A stretch of 64,000 nt of DNA. Source: Trichosphaerium sp. ATCC 40318. Lineage: Eukaryota > Protista > Tubulinea. The position numbers and the translations under genes were made by a program. The stretch is taken from contig JALMLS010000378.1 in NCBI GenBank assembly GCA_038496445.1, positions 186,001-250,000 of the forward strand, written 5' to 3'. Below, one piece after another: positions 46,482 to 56,710 of this stretch (positions are counted from its first letter, which is position 1; each line of letters begins with the position of its first letter). Under the pieces are notes generated by a model. That model was not told where the DNA came from. It saw only the letters and a list, made by a program, of their open reading frames with translations, and searched no databases.

Positions 46482-48458
46482 TTACAGAAGTACAGCTAAT
46501 AGACTAGTCAAGAAAAAGGTATAGTTCATGAACTGATAGGTATTGCTTCCACTACTAGGAGCTATTGTTGAAGGCGATACAGTTGTTGAAGGCGATACAG
46601 TTGTTGGTGGTGCGGTACTCATAGGTGTTTCGGTAGCTGGCGAGTCTGTGGTTGGTTCTTCTGCTGGCTGTTGACCAACAGGAGGCTCTGTGCTTGGTTC
46701 GTCAGAAGGAGGTTCAGTTGTTGGAGGTTCAGTTGTTGGTGGACATGTGAATATGTTAAGGGATTCGTCAACAATAATATAAGATGCTGTTGAGTTACAG
46801 CCACTGGGAATTCGTTCTGTCTGAGCTACAATCTAGAAAAATATCTTAATACAAAAGAGGTTCTATCAAACAGACGTTGATGACTTACAACTCCTACTCC
46901 ACACGAAGAAGGTCCCTGAAGCCATGTTATACGAGGCAAGAGAGGTTCAGTAAACATGTTGAATGGCAGGGGGCTATCAAGAATTGATGATGACGATATT
47001 GCGACCATATGTGTTGTATCAGATCCATTTGTGTATGTTGCAACGAACGAACTTTCCGCTGAATATGATACATCAAGTGAGAAGTCAATGTCTGCACTTG
47101 CAAAATTCGAGGTTATATTCATAGTGTCAATGATTGTAGCCGTTGCATTAACTTCACATGTGGTAGTAAAGAGCAATAATTTTACTTGAGTACTTCTAAA
47201 CTGTATTTCTCCATAAATCAAAGCGAAACGTTCTGATATTGGATCGTAAGCTAGTTCCATGTTTGCTGATATGACGTTGGTAGTATTTATGATAATATGT
47301 TCGAAAGCAAACTAAGCAGTGTTTAGGGAATGTAAAGAAATAGTGTGTGAACTGTATTGAGTTTTATTGTTTTACTTACTGTTTCGTTGCCTTTTATTGA
47401 TGTTATCCGTACAATACCTGATTCAAGAGAGGATTCTTTTTTGAAACTAGTTACAATACATCCATCTTTTCCCACAGTTGCATCGCTACCAGAAATTCGA
47501 GATCTTGTGACTTCGGAGAAAAAGTTAGTAACTATTCATCTGCATCGGCTTTTTTTGTCACGTGCAGACAACAGCGTTTGGTTCATTTATTGGAAATCTG
47601 ACATCTCTTGATACTGCATCAACGTATATAGGAGAAACTATCGCAGAGTTTTCAAACTCATTCACGATGACGTACATGTTGGAAGCTAATATCATACAAA
47701 TTAGTACTTATGCAAAAAAAAAAGTACACTGCCGCACTTTGATCATAAAAAAACCCATAGGTGAACGGAAGTACCACCTGTGAGAACATAAACTCAACTG
47801 GTTCTGATAACTCAAATATCTAAGAAATAAGTAAGCCTAAGTCTCAATTGTTGCATCATCACGTGATCAAAGAAAGGACTGTAAATATAGGTTCACAAAA
47901 AAAAAACAACGCACTCCTGATTCGTTTGCATTTACAAATCTCATCCAACATTCTAATGCACCCAAACCACGCTTCTTAAGTTTCTCTTCGCAATAAACCA
48001 ACGCGAATTCATTACGCCCATAAACAACGCCATACGGTTTGTCTACGTCCGCGAAGCGGAATACGGCCGTTTTGTTAGAACCTAAACCTAAAACACAATT
48101 AGCAATAATTTCAATGTAGATTTTCGAGTCCTACTCTGCACTACCACAGATATACCACTCGGTTCATTATAGTTAAAGCGTTTGTTGGTAATTTGAATCG
48201 AAGATACTACACAAATCGTAGGGCCTTGACCTGCGATATCTCCAGCAGCAACGAAAGGGGTGTAGATAGCCTCATCGTCTACTAGAGTTTCTTCAACGCC
48301 AAGCTCTCGTAGGTCACCCCACTCGTTTGCACTTAGAGCGTACGCTATTAATTAGAATATTAACAAGTTACAATAATTAGAATATTCCAATGAGGAAGAT
48401 AGAGGCTCGTACCAGTACATAAAATTGAAGTCGCTATTAAACTAAGTAATGCGTTCAT
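46482..48458 (-). CDS. Putative GPI-anchored surface protein with P/T/S stalk (multi-exon)
   Basis: MNALLSLIATSILC signal; PPTTEPPTTEPP stalk with duplicated TTVSPS units; hydrophobic C-terminus FFLTSLLAVLL*. Confidence 0.7.
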
Positions 48459-48816
48459 TTTCTATAGCTGTGGTTGATTTTTAAGAAGAATCAAAAGTTA
48501 AGTAGTTGGGTAATGTGATTTTTAACGGCACAATTATAAACCATTCAAGGAATACGAAACAATTAGCGAAATGTTGTCTAAAAAAAACACAAAAAAAACA
48601 ATAATAAGTTGCGCTTCTTAATCAACTCGTATAGAGGTACTATGAAACACGTGACTTTTTTATGAAATAATATTGGGTTTGTAAATTTTCAGTGAATGAA
48701 TTGAGTTAGAATAACCGTTGCGCCAGCTAGACAACTTATACGCGATTGTTTGGGAGGAAAGACAACGTCTTAGTGGCTATCAATAGCGCACTGATGTCGT
48801 GTATATTTGTACCCAG

Positions 48817-49893
48817 TCAAATGGCATCCATCCATGGCATTTGACCTTTCTTCCCAATCTCGTCGTCTTCAGCTGTCATTTTGAACATCAACTTTTGTTT
48901 CATTAACTTTGGTGCAATTAACCTTTCTTGTTTGGTGTGAACTATATATATTTGATAGGCGTCAGATCTCCAATCGCCAATATGTTTAATCCACTCTGTC
49001 GGTACACCCGCCATAGATGCGAACGTGGCACCTCCACGTCGATATGAGTGTCCTGTGTACTGTTTGTATTCTTCGTTTTGGACAGTAACTTGGTATTTTG
49101 TCCATTGTACGAACTTGCTATATGTTACTGCTAACCAACGTCCATTCTTTTTAAATCGGAGTAGGGATTTATTTCTCTCGGGCTTCACTTGTTGTATAAG
49201 CCTTCGTACTGCTGCTATAGGGCATAGAATGTGTCCTCCTAGGTTGATGTAAGGCACAATGTGTTTCCTTTCCCTAAAATGGATTGTTTTCGTCTGGCGT
49301 AATGTTAGCCACAGACTGTCACCATCATCATATAAATTATCCAAAGCCACATGTGTCATACTGCTAAATTTGTGAGCTTTTCTGGGAACCAAGTTACCTA
49401 TTCGTAGCATTCCCCAAAAGGCTAACAGCGCCCCTGTCCAATAAACTAGGTCTTCATCCTTTTGTAGATCTATATTTAACCTTATTTTGGTAAGTATGGT
49501 TGGAGTAATAGGTCTCTTTCGTTCGATCCTATCTCCAAATTCGCGTCTAATACTTCTTAACATGTTGTGGTACTGAGTACATCCTTCTCTAGGGTCTCCG
49601 TGTCCTAATCTTTGCGATAGCCAAGCCCAATGTGAGATGTAAACTCTGATGGTTGCTGGTTTAAGTCCTTTATCTTTTTCGCCTAGCTTGGCCCATAAGG
49701 CCATAATCATTGTTAATGTGTTAGGCGAGGTTGGTAGCCATTGTTCTTTCGGTACTTTGAGTGCCATTAATGCTACTACCACTGCCTTTATTGCTGATCT
49801 TCGGTTAGCTTGTGTATTGGTTGGGTATGCGTTACGGATTAATTCATTTCTTCTAGCTTCAATGACAATTATGAAAAAGTAATCTACAAACAA
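48817..49893 (-). CDS. Tyrosine recombinase of the retrotransposon
   Basis: Catalytic set intact: GMLRIG, TKT, GHSYRRGGA, GDW, AYQIY. No ATG near the ORF start. Confidence 0.92.
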   Translation of the reverse strand: MFVDYFFIIVIEARRNELIRNAYPTNTQANRRSAIKAVVVALMALKVPKEQWLPTSPNTLTMIMALWAKLGEKDKGLKPATIRVYISHWAWLSQRLGHGDPREGCTQYHNMLRSIRREFGDRIERKRPITPTILTKIRLNIDLQKDEDLVYWTGALLAFWGMLRIGNLVPRKAHKFSSMTHVALDNLYDDGDSLWLTLRQTKTIHFRERKHIVPYINLGGHILCPIAAVRRLIQQVKPERNKSLLRFKKNGRWLAVTYSKFVQWTKYQVTVQNEEYKQYTGHSYRRGGATFASMAGVPTEWIKHIGDWRSDAYQIYIVHTKQERLIAPKLMKQKLMFKMTAEDDEIGKKGQMPWMDAI

Positions 49894-52559
49894 CCTTTAA
49901 TAAAACGACCAAAAGTGTTTGGAAAGCCTAAATTTTTCGCTTCTTGTTCAAAACGTATCCAGTCTTGTCTACTTAGGGCATCTGCCACACCATTGTCTTT
50001 TGTGTTGATGTATGTTGCTTTCAACCTAAAATTTAAGGAGGCTGACCATTTGTGTAAGTCATAAACCATCTTCATTGTGCCTTTACTTCTTGACACCAAT
50101 TTGTTAACTGCACTTACTACTCCTGTATTGTCAATGTGCAGATTTGTGACTATTCTATTGCGAAACCTATAGCGCCATTCCTTAAGCGCCATCCACAGTG
50201 CGTACATTTCTTTAACACCTATATCCCACATAATTTCATGTTTTTCAAAAATGTGGATAAGCCATTGACCTTCTAAGAAGGCCGCTGCTGCTGTACCTGA
50301 TGCATCAGTTTGAAAGCGATCTTTGTTGAGAGGTATAGGCTTTAAGAGTATTGCCTTACCGTCCCATTCCTCTAACATCTCAGACCACCATTTTAGATCT
50401 AGTTTCATAGCGGTCGTAATAGGTACGTAGTCTTCATTGTTTTGATATCTAGCCATACCATCGTACAAGCGGCGCATATAAGTATGTCCGCCAAATACAG
50501 CCTGGGCTGCAAAATTTAAGGTACCTGTCAGCTGCATACACTTTCGTTTTTTGACAGTTTTTTGGTTTCTAAACCAACTCACAAGAGTATTTATCTTCTT
50601 GCGTTTTCGTTCTGTTAGGGTTATTTCACGCTTATCCATGTCAAAGCGCAAACCAAGAAAGGTTAGTTTTTTGGTAGGTCCTTCACATTTAGAAGGAGAG
50701 ATCAGGTCTAAAAAAATATACCAGTTTTTTTGGTATATACCACTTTTATACCACTTTTTTATACCAGTTTTTTATGGTATATACCAAAAAAAGTGGTATA
50801 TTTTGACCGAAATATACCAAAAAAAGTGGTATATTGACCAAATATACCAACAATATACCAAAAAAAACAGGTATAAAAACAGAAAATATACCACTTTTTT
50901 TCACCAGAAAAAAAAAAATATACCACTTTTTTATACCACTTTTTTTAGGTATATACCACTTATATACCACTTTTTTATACCAGTTTTTCATGGTATATAC
51001 CACTCTTATATACCACTTTATGCTTACTTATGGTACACCTGCAATTCCAGAAAATACACTTTATTTAATACACAGTTTGTGAGTTACAAGTTTTGGACAA
51101 TGTCCACTACAGTTACATTACTATGGGCGTCTGGAAAATTCGTCCATCTCCATGAGCTTGCTGTAACTACTGTAAAAACATGCTGCGCACCTAATGAAAG
51201 TGGTCCCACCTGAATCCATCAATTACTAAGGCCTACGGAGGTCAGTTAATGTATATCAAACGAAAATAAAATAAAACTTTGTCTGGTACCCACGAACGTC
51301 TGTATAATACCTGCAATATAGTTTCCTTAATGTTGGTACTGGAATCAGGTCCTGCGGTCCGAATGAGCTTGGTTTGGTTAGATTCTATGATATACTAAGG
51401 TCCCTATGCACCGTTCAATGTATGACATCTATGATCGTTCAACAAGAAAACCCATTACCAAAAAGCTCCTTAATGACCTTCTTGAAGCATACCATAAAAG
51501 TGGTATATACCAATAAAAAGGTGGTATATACCACATACCATAAAAAAGTGGTATATACCACTTTATATACCATTTTTAGAAGGTCTCATTATGTGAATGA
51601 AAAGTGGTATATACCACTTCCATATACCACTTTTTTATTCACTTAATTTCTAAAAAAAGTGGTATTTCAAAATGGTATATACCAGTTCATATACCATTTT
51701 GTTGAAAAAAGTGGTATATACCATAAAAAAACTGGTATATACCACTTTAATTTTTAGACCTGATGCTAAAACCTAACTGCTGTAGTATATTGCATAAAGT
51801 GTTAAGACCTTCTAAAGCGTCTTCTTTAGAAAACGCAATGATCAGCCAATCGTCTAAGTATACAACATGAAAGCCTTTAATACGCTTTGATATGTATCTA
51901 AAGATCATGGCCATTAGTCGTACAAACTCATATGGCGCTCTGTTCCATCCAAAGGGCATTCTAGCATCGTTATATATGACATTACGCCACATGAATGCAA
52001 ATAAATCATGATGGCTCGCTTTGATCGGTATCATCCGATAAGCGCATTCCATGTCTGCCTTTGCCAGCCATATAACCACAGATGGGTTATTACGTATGAA
52101 GGCTATGGCTTTTTTAAGTGCATCAAGCACAAAGTGAGGTGCTTTTTGTGATATATCATTTGTTGATAACCCTTTAGGTAGGTTAAGACAAACGATCTTC
52201 CTAATCTTGTTACGGAATATACCTGTATCAGTATACTTAGGAATTGCTGCAATTTGATTAACTTTCCTAGCAGACTTGACAACGTATATCCATCCTTTTG
52301 CGAGTTCTTCATTGATATCTTTGTCAATAAATTTTTCCCATTTTTTACAAGTTTTTGAGTTATTCATACTAGTTATTGGTACCGTAGTACCATCTGTCAC
52401 CACTGGTAAGCCTGTATGAATCCATGACTTTAACCAAGGCCAATCTTTGTCACTGTTAAATAATATTGCCCATACTGGAGCACACAAAGTTAATTTAGCT
52501 GTAGAAAACTTTTTGTTTTTAACATTTTTTATTGTTGGTGCAAGTACAGGCGCCGGCAG
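49884..52559 (-). pseudogene. RT/RNase H ORF disrupted by the 50703-51762 insertion
   Basis: ADMECAYRMIP, MPFGW, YLDD; after the insertion SPSKCEGP..TFLG, TDASG, KEMYA, IDN, ADALSR. Confidence 0.92.
50703..51762. mobile_element. 1060-bp non-autonomous TIR element (MITE-like) with AT target duplication and subterminal GGTATATACC arrays
   Basis: Ends CAGGTCTAAAAA...TTTTTAGACCTG; AT at 50701-50702 and 51763-51764; removing the element plus one AT restores RT ...LGFSI-SPSKCEGP. Confidence 0.93.
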
Positions 52560-53649
52560 TCAAGTGCGTTTATTAGGGCAGGTAGCATACCAATGCCCAG
52601 TCTTGCTGCAGCTGAAACATACATGGTCGAAGAAGCAGTTAGGGCCGAATTTACAGAGGCCACCACTAACATTTGCTCTAGGACATGCGCAATAAATGTT
52701 GTTCAATCTCCATGGGTTTTTGTTGTTTGTTGGCGCTGCTGCTCGAGCAGTTGCCCTATCCATAGGTTGTCTCTGAGGTTGTTGGTTCTGACCTCGTCTG
52801 TTGTTGTTGTTGTAGCCACCTCCATTGCCTCCTCTGTTACCAAGTGGTACAGTGCCTGTACATAGTCATAAAAATGTTAGGAATCTCGCTATAACAAGAG
52901 GACGTTCTAGTCCAATGCGATCTTACAGCTGTGTCAAAAGTTAATACCTGTGCTAGACTGTATGTAAAAAGCAATGTTTCCAGCAGACTGTGGTACTTGT
53001 TGTACCCTTCCAGGCGATCCACGCTTACGAGGCCTGTGTCTGCGTCGATCTTTATTTGACTTTTGATAAAACGAAGGCGCGCCAATAGGTCTGTTTTGTC
53101 CTTGATTGGGTGCCGCTTGTAGTCCTTTTTGGACAGCATCTGCAATGAGCTAATACTGTTAGGTGGTACCACAAACTCAGGGTAATAGACCGGCTTCCAA
53201 AGGCCTTGTCTAAAAACTCCTGGAAGTAAAGGCGATTCTTTGAAAGCCTTACGCAAAGCTTTACGCTGAGCGTTACTTACTGCAGCAATGTTCTGGCCAC
53301 TAGTCGGCATCAGGGCTCCTTGTTGGCTCGCTCCTGAGAATAAACCACCACCTATATTAGTTAGGTTGGTGGGAATGTTAAGCTGGGTAGTTGTGCCTGC
53401 ATTGTTGTTCAATTGTGGCGAAGCCATCATACTGCTTGATTGGTTCATAGCAGGAGGTGCTTGTAGAATGGGTGGTACAGCACCTATAGCTTGGGCTGGG
53501 TGAGAAGAAAACTGTGGTTGGTTTTGTTGAGGGGAGGAGGTGGGGTTTGAACCTTTATAAAAGAAGTTAGCTTCGTTCATTAACCTTGTAGTCTCTTCCA
53601 TTGCAATACGACTACGTTCTAGTTTTTTAGCCATTTCATAAAAAGACGT
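52560..53649 (-). CDS. Gag-like protein of the retrotransposon (5'-truncated; two frames joined by a putative 40-nt intron)
   Basis: Frame is open right up to the 53650 junction; C-terminal CPRANVSGGLCKFGPNCFFDHVCFSCSKTGHWYATC zinc fingers. Confidence 0.75.
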
Positions 53650-54681
53650 CAGTGGTAAAATGAAAACGGGATTTTGGATATAAATCCCACTAAATTCCTT
53701 TGTTTTAGGGATTTTTGAGGTAATTTGTGAAGAATTCTTATTTTTATTTTTTTTTATGGCAGGATTTTTGATAGAATTACCATAATATTCCCTTAAATAC
53801 GGAATTTTCAGAATTATTGTACAAAATCCACCAAATAATGTACTAATTTAGTTAGGGTTAGGGTTAGGGCTAGGGTTGAGGTTTATGAAAGTACAAATTA
53901 AGTTAGGGTTAGGGTTTAGTTTTATATTTGCAAAAAACCATCGACACCTTAGGTACATAGGTTTTTCTAGCAAACAATATCCACATGCTATTATTAAAGG
54001 TGAAAAAACCAATGGTACAGGTTAAAGTGCGTTAATCCAAAAAGTAACGGAGAACGCGTTTTAGGTGGTTTGGAAAATCACTTAAACATAAATATCTCTT
54101 ACTTATCTGTTTTAGGATGATTAAAGCATTGCAACAGCCTTATTACACCATTAAAGAATGTATTTAAAGCATTAACTCCAAGTATGTTGTTTTTAAAGCT
54201 TATTTCCACTTAATTTATCAAAAAACCCTACGCGTTCTTAATTTAGCGTTTACAAATGCATTAATTATTGTTCAGGCTCTCAAAACCAAATGCGATCAAA
54301 TTACTTCTTTTGTTTATGAAAACACGATGTATTTAACTTGTACGTATTATTTAGGATGTTTGTATTTTGTAATGATCAATAAATAAAATGACTTTGCATT
54401 AAATCTGAACCAAAGTATTGAATAATATTTTGTGTAATTTATAAAGTATTTTTTATTGAAATCTACAAAAAATACATTAAGAAATGCTATAAAGAATACA
54501 TAGAGAATTCTATATAAAATACATATGCAATTCCAAAAGTAATACTCTAAGAATTCTATGAGTAATACTTATGGAATTTCATATAAATTCAATGGGAATT
54601 AAGGAAGAGTTTTTCCGTCTACTTTTCCCATAGGAAAACAGGGTGGATTACTTAAAAATTCCCATTTCTATTTTACTACTG
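53650..54681. mobile_element. About 1030-bp non-coding TIR element
   Basis: Left end CAGTGGTAAAATGAAAACGGGA versus reverse complement of right end CAGTAGTAAAATAGAAATGGGA; very AT-rich interior; flanks do not match. Confidence 0.75.
53852..53914 (+). repeat. Interstitial telomere-like TTAGGG repeats
   Basis: (TTAGGG)3 CTAGGG TTGAGG at 53852-53881 and (TTAGGG)2 at 53903-53914. Confidence 0.85.
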
Positions 54682-56633
54682 TTGTGTTGAAACAAATCTG
54701 TACGCAGAAGCTAAACAAGTATCAGCATGGAAACCATTACGCCAAGGCATGTTGAAGAAGTATATTGGAGTGCGCTATCTGATGGGTACAAATATGTTCT
54801 GTAAACTCAATTAAAATGCATTAGGTTTTCACAAATTGCCATCTATCAAAGATTATTGGTCTAATGACGTACTGCTAAAAACAGAAATACCAACAATAAT
54901 GACACACATTCAGTTTGAGAAAATACACTATAATTTACACTTTATTGACAATACAACAAGACCAACACCAATGCCAACACTCTGGAAAGTACAAAGACTG
55001 TTGGATTATTTTAAAACAAGGTGTAAAAAGTTGGTAAATTTGGGTCATGACAACACTATTGATGAACAAACAATTAAGTGTGAAAGCATGTGCGTACAAA
55101 TACTTGTCTTCATTTCTAATTTAATTAGATATGCAGGAGAAATGCGTCATACTGGTATGAATAAACCTTGTGACATTGGTTTGGTAATGGATGCTATCAC
55201 TTCATCAGATGGATATGTTCATAATTATTCTCCACGAAAACGAACAGGCACCAAAACTTGCCCACGAATAATATTGCTTGTTGAGGAATTACTACCTCAT
55301 ATGCAAGCAAACAAGGCTATTCATTTGTATGGAGATAATTACTTTACAAGTTTACAACTCCAACATCAATTGAAAGAGTGGCAAGTATACTATACAGGTA
55401 CACTCAATGCAGGACGTAAAGCTGCCAACCTTATCAAAGCAAAAAAATATGAGACTGAAGAGCGTGGTGATTGGCAATGCATGTACTTAAGTAGCAAGGG
55501 TCCAGTAGTGTACCAAATTAATGATAGCAAGGTATGTTGTTTAAACGAAATATGTAACCAAATTTAAATGCCCTGTATCTTTGTTTGTATGTTTTCAAAT
55601 CAAACGAAACCACTTTCATTCGTTTTCTAATAGTTTTTTGAGTTGGTACATGTATTAATATTGTTTTAGGTCTTTTACATGCTCTCTAATATTCAAAAAG
55701 TTGAAGAAGTACCTGTTTCACGTCGAGTTAAAGGTGAAGGCCCAAAAATCTATGGCTTTCCAGCTGTTGTTGATCACTACAACAAAAAAATGATGGGCTC
55801 TGATACTGCTGATCAAAGAAGAAGTTACTACTCTACATTTCGAAGAAAAACAAGATGATATCTTGCATATTTTGAATGGATACTGGACACAGCTGCAGTT
55901 AATGCTCGATGGATGTTTGCTAATTACACTGACACTGATTGCTCTCAAATTACATTTTTGATGTGTTTAACTAAAACGTTGTGCCAAATACCCATCAATC
56001 CACAACCACCAAGAAGTGTTAAAAAGAAAAGAAAAGCATCTACTCAACTTCAACCAGTGGACAGTTTACATTTGCCATTTTGTGCATATTGCAATCATGT
56101 CCACAAAGAAGATAGGAAAACAAAAAGTTTTTGCCGTGTCTGTGGTTACTTTCTATGCACTACATTGTGCAAACATACACAATCAAACCTACCATGTTTC
56201 TCCTTATATCATGCAAATGGTTGTACTTTTCCACTTGTATGAAAATAAAACATACGTTCTGTCTCAATGAATAAAAAAAATTTATGAATTTTGGGGTTTT
56301 TTATTTTTCTCTAACCAACAACAAAAGGTTTTTTAGCTTGTCAAAGCATACAAAGAAGATTACATTACATTATTAACAACATGCATACATAAACTAGGGT
56401 AAAATTTGCTCATGATATGGTTTAAAACGCAAAATAAAACCACAAAATTCATGGGCACTTTTCTCTCACAACAAGACATAAAATAGTCTAATTAAGTCAT
56501 AAATCACATGGGATATACCAACCAACATAAGCAACAAACAGGCAAAAAACCACTATAAAATGGTGGATACATGGCTGTAATAGTAACATAATTATGTTCA
56601 GACATATATGTCCGAAGATTGGTCCTTAAAGAG
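54682..56633 (+). mobile_element. piggyBac-family DNA transposon, 3' portion only
   Basis: Transposase remnant plus a probable right end: GACATATATGTC palindrome (56601-56612) then ...GGTCCTTAAAGAG followed by ATAT. Confidence 0.8.
54684..56242 (+). pseudogene. piggyBac transposase (5'-truncated, 3 introns, one in-frame TGA)
   Basis: ETNLYA, DYWS, IDEQ, NKP, DNYFTS, YTGT, YNKKMMGSDTADQ and a C-terminal Cys-rich domain; TGA at 55856-55858. Confidence 0.88.
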
Positions 56634-56710
56634 ATATGATGAAGAAGAACTAAGTGATTAGAGTAATGTATGCAAAAAACTTATGGACGGAACATGTCCT
56701 GCAATAAATT

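Larger units (their letters stand above)
48700..53649 (-). mobile_element. Ngaro-type (DIRS-order) tyrosine-recombinase retrotransposon, 5'-truncated and interrupted by a TIR element; 3' boundary approximate
   Basis: Co-oriented gag (CCCH+CCHC fingers), RT/RNase H and YR; no methyltransferase domain after RNase H. Confidence 0.88.

Noticed and set aside
48640-48816. Split direct repeats or ICR of the YR element
   Set aside because: No convincing repeat pair is visible, and the 5' end needed for comparison is missing.
51020-51490. Core of the TIR element as a captured gene or transposase fragment
   Set aside because: Short open stretches exist but no motif could be recognised; needs a BLASTX search.
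50703-51762. Repeat arrays as a CRISPR array, and the overlapping ORFs 50551..51213, 50746..51003, 50834..51082 and 51374..51646
   Set aside because: Units are short, irregular and lack unique spacers; the ORFs are by-products of the repeats inside a TIR element.
55856-55858. In-frame TGA at a conserved Trp of the piggyBac transposase, suggesting UGA=Trp recoding
   Set aside because: TGG is used for Trp throughout, and TGA terminates MLO, YR and this transposase itself; a TGG>TGA nonsense mutation in a dead copy is simpler.
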